DNA of 47,957 nucleotides from an uncultured Christensenellaceae bacterium (GTDB lineage Bacteria; Bacillota; Clostridia; Christensenellales; CAG-1252): NCBI GenBank assembly GCA_964619685.1, contig CAZUET010000002.1, positions 1 to 47,957 of the forward strand, read 5' to 3'. Shown piece by piece: positions 28,224 to 37,300 of this stretch (position 1 is its first letter; each line of letters starts with the position of its first letter). The notes under the pieces were generated by a model. It saw only the letters and a program-made list of their open reading frames with translations, ran no database searches and was not told where the DNA came from. The position numbers and the translations under genes were made by a program.

Positions 28224-28257
28224 CAACTATTTTTTTATTTATTCAATATTTATGCAA

Positions 28258-30585
28258 TTATGCGTTTGCGGGCTTTTTCCAAACATAAATTATGAGGTCT
28301 AAGCTGTTATCCATGGGAAGTACACAAACATCACCTTTGATGTATTCACCACCTGCATTTTTGACAAAGCCCTCTGACTCTAAATACTCTCCTATAGCGT
28401 TCAAAGAAGATTCTATAGTATAGTCTAAATCAAGTGGTACATCATAATACATTATGATGGTCGGTACTGCTGTGGTCGATCCGTACGGTATACGTAGGGA
28501 TGTCATTCCGAAGCCATAGGTGTCACCTAATGCATTACCAAAGAAGGGTAATTCTTCTTCAATTCTCTCGCTGGAGAAGAACTCCTTAAGATATACAAGT
28601 GCATTAGTGGAAACATCTTCGCTTGTGGATGTTGAGTCTAACGATACCTCAATAGTCAATTCGCTCCAAGATGTAGGAATTTGACGAACATCAAATTCTA
28701 CCTCTGTTCCCTCGGGAAGCTCTGTCGAGTTAAAGTCACTGTACTCAAGTTCTACTACGCCGTACATCGAACCCATGTAATAGTAAAAGCCTGCATTGGT
28801 AATATATCCGTCTTTAACTACTACATACGGTGTAAAGCTTTCGGTCGGAGACGTAAAGCCCTCGGTTGCAAATATACCATACATATTGATATCACTATTA
28901 CCTACACTGTAGTAGAAAGTGGATGCCACCGAGCTCATTACAGAATCTACATAATATGTAATCGTTCCGTCTTCTTCATCCTCATAATACATACGGAATA
29001 GCTCCGCAGCGAATTCAAATGAAGGCTTTGAATTATTAAAATCGCCCTCAAAGGCACGGTTTGCCGAAAATACGCCTTCGTCTAAGCTATAGAATGAATT
29101 GTAAAGCGATTCACTTATTTGCTTATATCCGTATGCTCCGCTCAATTCGGGAGTATGAACCTCTTTACCATACGTGTCATAGCTGACTGCAAAGGGTACA
29201 AAGTAACAGAGATCGTTGGTTATGTACTCAGTAAAGCCCTTTTCCATGTATTGAGTGGATAGGTATGACTTAGTTATCTCCTTAAAGCTCAATGTATAGT
29301 TGTTCAAACTATGCATATTGTCAATTGCTTCTTTAAGTGTATCATGGATATCCTCATGAGAATACTTAGTAATAGTGGGTACCTCGACCGTATCGCCGAT
29401 ACCTATGGCAACAAACAGTTCTTGTACCGATCTATATCCCTCGAGTATCTCGTAATGATCTCCGCTTATTGCATATATACCGATTATCTCGCCGTCATCG
29501 ATAATCAAGGAGAAGGATTTTGCTTTAAAATCGTATGGGTTTGCAGATTGTACCATCCTTTGAGGAAGCTTAGCATCACTGCCTACATACTTATATCTCC
29601 ATGTTTCTTCGTCAAATTCAAAATCGTCTACGGTAAGTCCTACAAAATTATTATATAATCCGGAATCGTTCCAAGTTACTGTCTTATCATTTTCAAGCAT
29701 CGGAGTATAGCTCTCGTCATTCATAAAGCTTACACTTACTTGACAAGCAAGTCCGTTATGATTCTTATAATACAGCGAACTTTTTATTCCTGCAGATGCG
29801 TTTTCATATTCTGCATACCAGTTTGTTCCGTCTAATGCAGTCTTGATAACGGTTGCATAGGTGGTTTCAAGCTTTTCAAATAAGCCTATAGAATATACAT
29901 TAATGTTCACATATCCCTCAAAGGCTATCTTCTCTTGACCTGCAATAAAATCAATCATATCCTGTGTAAGGGCGGGACGAGCAACTACCGTCATGACCTT
30001 AGTCGCACTCTTTTGGGGATTGGCTACACTGGTCGCTGTAATTACTACGGTCTTATCTCCGCTGACCTCATTGGCGGTAACGACACCGTCAACAACACTT
30101 ACAAAATCGGCGCCCTCTGAAACTTTCCATTCTACCTCGGTGTTTTCCGTTCCGCTAACCGTGGCTGTCAAGGTTACACTCTTACCGCTTCTAACCTCAG
30201 ATGTACCCGAAATTGCTACATTTACGCCACTTAAATCGGGAGTTGGTATGACCGGTATGTCGGGAGTAACTGCCTTAGGTGTGAAACTTAAGGTCATAGT
30301 GGAAGGAGAATCCTTATATCCGTCAGCTACGGCTATTACAGAAAATGTAAAGGCTTTATCTCCACTTGCTTGATATTCGGTTACTGTTAGCTCGATCTTT
30401 TCACCATTGACGGTAAGTACATAGCCTGTAGCATTCTCTACTGCGTTCCAAGTTATTAATCCGTCATCACTGACTTTAAGTCCCTTTGGAGTAGCAAGCA
30501 TTTCTCTATTATCAACGGTCTCGGTGCATGCTACAAGTGCAAGCACTACACATAGTATCATTATAATACAAAATAGTTTTTTCAT
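28258..30585 (-). CDS. 775-aa lipoprotein: Fn3-like + Big_2 domain plus an uncharacterised C-terminal domain (paralog of the 895-aa protein)
   Basis: Signal peptide MKKLFCIIMILCVVLALVAC. The Fn3-like segment is GLKVSDDGLITWNAVENATGYVLTVNG. The Big_2 segment is VRSGKSVTLTATVSG...VVITATSV. AAGGAGGG precedes the ATG, and the gene starts 10 nt after the upstream gene. Confidence 0.85.
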   Translation of the reverse strand: MKKLFCIIMILCVVLALVACTETVDNREMLATPKGLKVSDDGLITWNAVENATGYVLTVNGEKIELTVTEYQASGDKAFTFSVIAVADGYKDSPSTMTLSFTPKAVTPDIPVIPTPDLSGVNVAISGTSEVRSGKSVTLTATVSGTENTEVEWKVSEGADFVSVVDGVVTANEVSGDKTVVITATSVANPQKSATKVMTVVARPALTQDMIDFIAGQEKIAFEGYVNINVYSIGLFEKLETTYATVIKTALDGTNWYAEYENASAGIKSSLYYKNHNGLACQVSVSFMNDESYTPMLENDKTVTWNDSGLYNNFVGLTVDDFEFDEETWRYKYVGSDAKLPQRMVQSANPYDFKAKSFSLIIDDGEIIGIYAISGDHYEILEGYRSVQELFVAIGIGDTVEVPTITKYSHEDIHDTLKEAIDNMHSLNNYTLSFKEITKSYLSTQYMEKGFTEYITNDLCYFVPFAVSYDTYGKEVHTPELSGAYGYKQISESLYNSFYSLDEGVFSANRAFEGDFNNSKPSFEFAAELFRMYYEDEEDGTITYYVDSVMSSVASTFYYSVGNSDINMYGIFATEGFTSPTESFTPYVVVKDGYITNAGFYYYMGSMYGVVELEYSDFNSTELPEGTEVEFDVRQIPTSWSELTIEVSLDSTSTSEDVSTNALVYLKEFFSSERIEEELPFFGNALGDTYGFGMTSLRIPYGSTTAVPTIIMYYDVPLDLDYTIESSLNAIGEYLESEGFVKNAGGEYIKGDVCVLPMDNSLDLIIYVWKKPANA

Positions 30586-30595
30586 TGCGCCCTCC

Positions 30596-31147
30596 TTAGT
30601 AACTGTAAGTATAGGTGATGACCGCTTTTCGACCGCTTTCTAATACGAATTCGGTGTTTAGCGATCTAATCTTGTTCGATTCAAAGCTTATGACCACTGT
30701 AACATCTTCAATAGGCTGATAATCATTCAATCCTATTACCTTTGATAAGTTTTCCTTGGCAACCTTAAGCGTAACGTCATTTCCGGAAGTGTCCTTACTT
30801 TGTATTAGCTCATCGCTCAGATTAATGGATATAAGCTTAGCCATATCGGGTGATTCCGCACTATCATAAGTCGTGTTACTTTCAAGCACGAAGCTCGAAT
30901 TGAGTTTACTCTCTTCTGTTGCTATCTCTGCTTTGTTTTCTTGAAGGGTAACAGTCTTTTTATAGCCGTATACCTTTTCCGCTCCGTCATATACGCTCAC
31001 ATCGAAGGACGCACTCTTGAGTGCATTCTTCGATTCATTAAGCATTTCTTGCTCATTTGCCTTACAGCCCATCATTATTCCTAATACCACCGTTAAGGTC
31101 AATACAGCTATGACTATCAAACTAATTCTTTTAATCGTCTTTTTCAT
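30596..31147 (-). CDS. 183-aa lipoprotein, function unknown
   Basis: Signal peptide ...LTVVLGIMMGC, AGGAGGGG RBS. Gaps to both neighbours are 10-12 nt. No recognisable motif. Confidence 0.75.
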   Translation of the reverse strand: MKKTIKRISLIVIAVLTLTVVLGIMMGCKANEQEMLNESKNALKSASFDVSVYDGAEKVYGYKKTVTLQENKAEIATEESKLNSSFVLESNTTYDSAESPDMAKLISINLSDELIQSKDTSGNDVTLKVAKENLSKVIGLNDYQPIEDVTVVISFESNKIRSLNTEFVLESGRKAVITYTYSY

Positions 31148-31159
31148 ATATTCCCCTCC

Positions 31160-34100
31160 TTATATAGCCTTCAACGCTACCGCAAAGCCTATCGTTAACA
31201 GCGATGCCAACGCTATTGCTATGCTCATTGCAAGGTTGTCAAAGGAATTTGTTATAGGTCTTACTTCTTGCACCACACCTTCACGGTATGCATCATACGA
31301 GGCTATCAATAGATCATATCTCGATGTGTCGAGCAATGCCTTATCCTTTGGTAATAACGCATTGATGTCAGAAGCTACCGATCTCAAAAGCTCGAGGTCT
31401 TCTACCTTAAACTCGGTGGGAAGTGCGTCGATTCTCTCTTGTACAGCTATAACCTTAGCACCTGCATTCTCTATCTTTATCTTGGTAAGAGTTGCCTTCG
31501 CTTCATTAACGCTATTTACATACGAATTCCATTCGTCCATATCGATTCCGTACGTCGCAGGATTTTGAGTCAATGCCTTATAGCACTTAACTGCATTATT
31601 TATCAAGGATTCATGAATCAAGGTAACTACATTTAACTGTTGCACTTTCTTAGCGTATGAAATGAATTCTATCATATTCTTTTCCATAGCTACATATCCG
31701 CTTCTCATAGAATCTTCAACCTTTCCAAAATATGCTTCGAATACCAAGCTGTCATATCCTTCAATATCTTTGTTAGAGGGAAGAACCATTGAAATAGGTG
31801 CTTTTTTACCTGCAAGGTCAATAAAGTTATAGTAATACAATTCGTAACCGAATAGGTCAAAGCTGTGATGTAGTATTCCAAAACCGGGATCGGTCTCTTC
31901 GATTGAAGAATTCCTATTATAGTAATCCTCTAAGCTTGGAGCGGTAACGGATTTAAATTCAACGGTGTTCAACTTCTTATATCCGTAGAATGCATAGTTA
32001 CCAATAAGCTTTAAGCTGTCGGGTAAGGTTATTACCGTGATATACTCGTTCTCATTACCTGCATATCTGTCTATACGGTAGGTGCCTTCGTCTACTATAA
32101 GAGTCTGCGTTTGCTTGCCTTGGGGAACGGATGTCAGCTGATAATATCCCGATTTCATCTTGGTATATAATACACCCTTATTTAGATATGCGAAATCGTT
32201 TATCGTGCCTGAGTCATTTCCTGTCGGCGTGTAGTAGCTTCTCATTGCCTTACAGCCCAAGAATGCTTCTGTGCCTATACTCTCAAGCTTGTCTGAGAAT
32301 GTGAAGCTCGATAGCTCTGAGTTATTTTGGAATGCCGATATACCTATCTTAGCAAGACTGCTTGCAGAGAACATGCGAATATCTGCGTTTTGGAATGCGT
32401 AATCACCAAGTTCGGTAAGCTTTTCAGCAACGATAACACCGGTTAAGCCACTCGATTCAAATGCACCCATTCCAATCTTGGTTATATTTGTTAAATCTAT
32501 ATCCTTTAATGAGCTCGTTTGAGAGAATGCAAGCTCTCCAATCTCGTCGGCAGAATACTGAACACTATTCAATAACGAACAGCCGTAGAATGTGTAATTA
32601 CCGACTTTTTTGATGCCGTTACCAAGTGTTGCCTTTGTTAAGCTTTCGCAATATGTAAATACAAAATCACCAAATTTAACAACTGAGTCAGGTACCACTA
32701 TCTCTTGAAGTGCGGAGCAACCGATAAATGCACCGTCGCCTATCTCTGTAAGAGTGGACGGTAATGTTATCTTTTCGATCCTCGGTGCTTGACTGTATTG
32801 CTGATATCTACCGAATGCGCCCTCGCCTATCCTCATAACAGTTCCTAATGTTACATTGGTCAATGCTTCACAATCAGCAAAAGCATAATCGTCAACCTCT
32901 ACTATTTGAGGAATGTTTGCTTCGTATAAAGTGGTACAGCCGTAGAATGTTTCTCTTTCTATCCTTTCCTTTATCTTAGATAGATCGATATTACGCAAGT
33001 TCTTGTCATTACCGAAACAAGATTCGCCAAATTCTACTCCGCCTTGCTCGGGCATATTCACAGTAATCAGCGACAAGCAATTTTGGAATGCTCCCATTCC
33101 GAATTTAGAGTTTGCTCCAATGGTTACGGTATCTAATGGGGTTTTGAAGAAAGCGCCCTCACCAAATACACCGTTTGCTCCAAGCGTGATACTCTTAAGT
33201 GCAGTGTTTGCGAAAGCATAATCATCCATTATCAATACTTTATCTGCATTTTCAGTAACTTCAAGGACATTAGCCGAATTGAAGGCATTCTTTTCAATTT
33301 TTACGCCCTCAGTGTCGGGGAACACCACCTTAGTCAATGTTTGACTGTTTGCAAAGGCATACTCACCTATAACCGTATTAGGATTATTTATTGTTACAGT
33401 TACAACATTAGCACCCGAAAATGCTCCGTTTTCGATGCGTTCGACCTTTGAATCGATGACAAGATCACCGAATGCCTTAGACATCGAAGCCATTATTATG
33501 GTCTTACCGTCTGCGGAATATAATAAGCCGTCATTACTCGATGAATAATGCTCATTCTTTTCATTTACCGTGAACACCGTTAGATCGGTATCTTGGAACA
33601 TTGCAGCACTTAAATCAGCCAAAAGTGTATTCTCACCGAAAACTAATTCGTGCAATGACGAGCATTTGTAAAATGCATATACGCCTATATCAACCTTAGA
33701 ATCGGGAAGAATAAAGGTTACTAAGGACGAGTCATTGTAAAAGGCTTGCTCGCCTATCATCTTCAATTCACCCTCGATAACAAACTCAGTCAACGATTCG
33801 CAACCCGAGAATGCTCCGTACTCTATGCCTTCGAGATCACCCTTTAATGTTACCTTTTTGAGCTTAAGTGAATTAGCAAATAAGAAGCTTGGTATATAAC
33901 AACCGCTGTTGTATATCGTTATCTCTTCTACGCCTGTATCTACAAACATTGCAGACGCAAGCTTGGTATGCTCGTTGGTTACTATGGTCGCAAGATTGGT
34001 GCAATGACGGAATGCAGTGTCACCTGTATTTCTTAGCGATGATAAATCCGCTTTTGAAAGTGAGGAACAACCGTCAAATGCCTTTGCTCCTATAGCATAA

Positions 34101-34228
34101 ACCTTAGATAAATCTATATTATCAAGCTTGACACAGCCCTTGAATGCTTCTCTACGCCTGTATCTACAAACATTGCAGACGCAAGCTTGGTATGCTCGTT
34201 GGTTACTATGGTCGCAAGATTGGTGCAA
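31160..34228 (-). CDS. BspA-type leucine-rich-repeat (LRR_5) region + helical stalk + C-terminal TM anchor; probably the detached 3' part of the S8 protease gene
   Basis: More than 25 units of the form ..I...AF..C..L..I.IP..V..IG..AF. C-terminal hydrophobic helix MSIAIALASLLTIGFAVALKAI. There is no signal peptide and no RBS at the ATG 34228. The first ~25 codons are copy 2 of the 224-bp duplication read out of frame. Confidence 0.65.
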   Translation of the reverse strand: MHQSCDHSNQRAYQACVCNVCRYRRREAFKGCVKLDNIDLSKVYAIGAKAFDGCSSLSKADLSSLRNTGDTAFRHCTNLATIVTNEHTKLASAMFVDTGVEEITIYNSGCYIPSFLFANSLKLKKVTLKGDLEGIEYGAFSGCESLTEFVIEGELKMIGEQAFYNDSSLVTFILPDSKVDIGVYAFYKCSSLHELVFGENTLLADLSAAMFQDTDLTVFTVNEKNEHYSSSNDGLLYSADGKTIIMASMSKAFGDLVIDSKVERIENGAFSGANVVTVTINNPNTVIGEYAFANSQTLTKVVFPDTEGVKIEKNAFNSANVLEVTENADKVLIMDDYAFANTALKSITLGANGVFGEGAFFKTPLDTVTIGANSKFGMGAFQNCLSLITVNMPEQGGVEFGESCFGNDKNLRNIDLSKIKERIERETFYGCTTLYEANIPQIVEVDDYAFADCEALTNVTLGTVMRIGEGAFGRYQQYSQAPRIEKITLPSTLTEIGDGAFIGCSALQEIVVPDSVVKFGDFVFTYCESLTKATLGNGIKKVGNYTFYGCSLLNSVQYSADEIGELAFSQTSSLKDIDLTNITKIGMGAFESSGLTGVIVAEKLTELGDYAFQNADIRMFSASSLAKIGISAFQNNSELSSFTFSDKLESIGTEAFLGCKAMRSYYTPTGNDSGTINDFAYLNKGVLYTKMKSGYYQLTSVPQGKQTQTLIVDEGTYRIDRYAGNENEYITVITLPDSLKLIGNYAFYGYKKLNTVEFKSVTAPSLEDYYNRNSSIEETDPGFGILHHSFDLFGYELYYYNFIDLAGKKAPISMVLPSNKDIEGYDSLVFEAYFGKVEDSMRSGYVAMEKNMIEFISYAKKVQQLNVVTLIHESLINNAVKCYKALTQNPATYGIDMDEWNSYVNSVNEAKATLTKIKIENAGAKVIAVQERIDALPTEFKVEDLELLRSVASDINALLPKDKALLDTSRYDLLIASYDAYREGVVQEVRPITNSFDNLAMSIAIALASLLTIGFAVALKAI

Positions 34229-34379
34229 TGACGGAATGCAGTGTCACCTGTATTTCTTAGCGATGATAAATCCGCTTTTGAAAGTGAGGAACAACCGTCA
34301 AATGCCTTTGCTCCTATAGCATAAACCTTAGATAAATCTATATTATCAAGCTTGACACAGCCCTTGAATGCTTCTCTAC
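33927..34379. repeat. perfect tandem direct duplication, 2 x 224 bp plus 5-bp junction homology (TCTAC)
   Basis: 33927-34150 is identical base-for-base to 34151-34374, and TCTAC recurs at 34375-34379. 224 is not a multiple of 3. The plus-strand ORFs 33889-34095 and 34128-34319 share an identical 51-aa tail in the ORF track, which confirms the duplication. Confidence 0.95.
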
Positions 34380-37300
34380 CTATTGTTTGAACATTTTTGA
34401 TATCGACATTTTCAAGCTTTACATCATTATAGAATGCACATTCTCTTATATACTTGACTGTATCGGGAATTGTTACCGAACGTAAGCCTGAGCAATTATA
34501 GAATGCATACTTTTGAATTTCTTCAACTCCGTCGGGTATTATTACCGATGTAACTGAAGTATTCATTGCAGGTATCTTGTTGGCATCATAGTCATCATCG
34601 GTCAGTTCAATAGTGTTATCGGTCGTATATAAGCAGAATGCGTATGCTCCGATATACAAAATACCCTCGTCATCCGGGATAACTACCTCGCCACCTAATC
34701 CCTTATAGGCTATCAAGCTACGATTTTCAATAACAAATTCGCTCTTGACCGTAATTCTTACTCTTGCCATTAGCGAAGAACCTTCTACTCTCAATACAAT
34801 GGATGTGTTACCCTCTTTAAGTCCGGTAACTTCACCTTTTTCGTTGACAGACGCTACCAACGGGTTTGTCGATTCGAATGTAACATTGTATTTATCGGCT
34901 ACGTACCATGGATCAAGATCATAGAATAATTGAATCTTTTCGCCCGGATAGAATGTAATTCCATTCATTGCGGATAGGAATTTTCTGTCACCCGTTTGTC
35001 CTATTTCACTTGTCTGTGCCGCTCTCGAATACGCAAATAACGTATCAAAATACGAGAAACGAATATCTTCTATCTTGGAGGAGTCGGCATTTCCAATCAA
35101 CGAATCGCTCGCTTCGGCAACATCTGCCGTCTTTTCCTTAACATTGATTATCAATATCGCTTGGTTAAGCTCCATTTGTTCCTTGACCGTTACTGTCGCT
35201 CTACCTGCTTTATTGGCTTTCAAAATACCGTCTTTGACTTCAATTACCTTTTCATTTGATGATGTCCATACGAGGTATTTTAAGTAATCCTTATTCTCGT
35301 CTACTGAGCTGTCGGCAGTGGCAAGATACCTTGTTAAGTCAATCAATTCGCCCTCTTCAACCGATAGAATAATGAGATCTCCGCCCTCCATGGTTCCGTC
35401 ACTCGTGAATTTGAATTCACCCTTCGTTCCGGGTAGCTGACAGATATAAATATTGGAATTCAATGCATAGTCGTCAATGGAAAATGCTAATCCACTCGTT
35501 ATAATCTCATCCGCATATATATCCTCAAGGAATTGGGTTATTTCAAAACGTACCCTATTATTAGCACCCTTTTCACTGTATACGGGAACGGGGTTCTCGG
35601 TAAGGAAGGTGTAGCTTGAGCTCGATGTAAATATAATAGGTGTTATAGATTGAACATAGTGATTATCATAAATTACCATGTTAATATAATAACGATCCTT
35701 TTTGAGTGTCTTATCGTAGACCTTTTCATAGGTCGCAGATTTCAATACAGGTGCCTCGTCATCAAAGTAGAAATCAAATGAAAACTCACTTCTTACATTC
35801 TTAGCTTCGCCACCGTCACCGTAATCTAATCTACCTACCATGCTGAATGAATATGTCCTATTATTGATAAGATTTAATTGTGCAGATTTAAGTCTGATAT
35901 ATTCATAGCTTGGAATAGGTGTTCCGCCTACAGAATATGCCTTTCTTGCATTATAAAATACTTCTTCATACATTACATCGCCGGTAACTGTATCAACGAT
36001 GGTGTAAGTCATAGTCTTTGCGTTACGCAATAGTCCTGCATATACGGCAGAAATACCGTCTATAGTTCCTAATACATTAGATATTGCTATATGATCTTCG
36101 CTTGCAGGAATCTCATCGTACATAGATGAATCTACATCGTATAGATATGTTCCCAAAGGAATCATATAGTTATAGAAATATGAGCCATAAGGCGTTGTTG
36201 CATAATAATCGGCTTTTATCTTATCTTCGTCGTCGATAGCCTGATCATGTGCTTCGCTCTCCACCTCATAATAGGTTTTATCAAACATTGGAGCTTCGGT
36301 CCAGTCGCCATAGAATGCAAGGAATGGAATGTTAAGATCTACTGCTTGGGATTCACTCTTATCAATAAGCTTAACAAATCCCTCTACATACATTCCGTAA
36401 GGGAATAGCTCGTCTATCATTGACTTATCGTCATCGGTCAGCGTATATACTACAGTTACCTTTGCTGTTTCACCGGCTTTTACGGTTACTGTATTACCGT
36501 TTAATACTCCGTTTACTACTTCTACAGTAAAATTGTTAGATAAAACAGTTGCCTTTTCTGCAACGTGGGTCTTTTCATATGTGGATACCGACTCGGTAAT
36601 TCCTACAAGATCAAGCTCGTATACTACATCACTCGACGCATCAATGTTATGTACATTGAATTTCATGGTATATACACCCGTTCTTTGAGGATCGTCAAGA
36701 AGATCAAGCTTAGGTCTATCTATACCGTCTACCGATAAATATGCCTTGGTGTTGACCACATTTGCAATACTTGCAAGTCCTGCACCCTGTTTACGAGGAG
36801 AATACGGATTACCCTCTTCGTTAAGAATAATGGTCGCCGTACTCATAAGCATTTGGTTGGTCAGCTTGGATAATTCGGGAGCTGTGATATCGGGATACTT
36901 TTCTTTTAGATATTGTCTGATCAATACTACTATTCCGCATAGGTTTGGTGTAGCCATGGATGTTCCCGACAACTCATCATAACCGCCACCAGGTACGGAA
37001 GATTTGATATTTCCGCCGTGTGCTGTTATCTCGGGCTTAAGCTCGAGAGAAGGAAGAGGTCCCCAGCTCGAAAAATCGGACATAAACGGTCCGGCTTGGT
37101 TGGTCATATCTATAACCATTGTACCCTTACTCTTTTCTGCAAGCTTACTACCGTCGTCCTTGGATATAGAAATTGTTGGAATATGATCGGTCTTACCCAT
37201 GCTCATTAGGATATCACCGTCAATATTATTATATATGATACATGCAATGGCGCCTGCTGCCTTGGCATTAAGTGCTTTCTCCTCGAATGTGTTATCACCA

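Noticed and set aside
31017-31568. Plus-strand 183-aa ORF spanning the junction of the 183-aa lipoprotein and LRR genes.
   Set aside because: It overlaps two well-supported minus-strand genes, has no SD and has a low-complexity hydrophobic composition. It is a shadow ORF. The same reasoning applies to the other plus-strand ORFs inside 4314-47735, for example 7225-7623, 12138-12476, 29993-30373 and 38491-38817.
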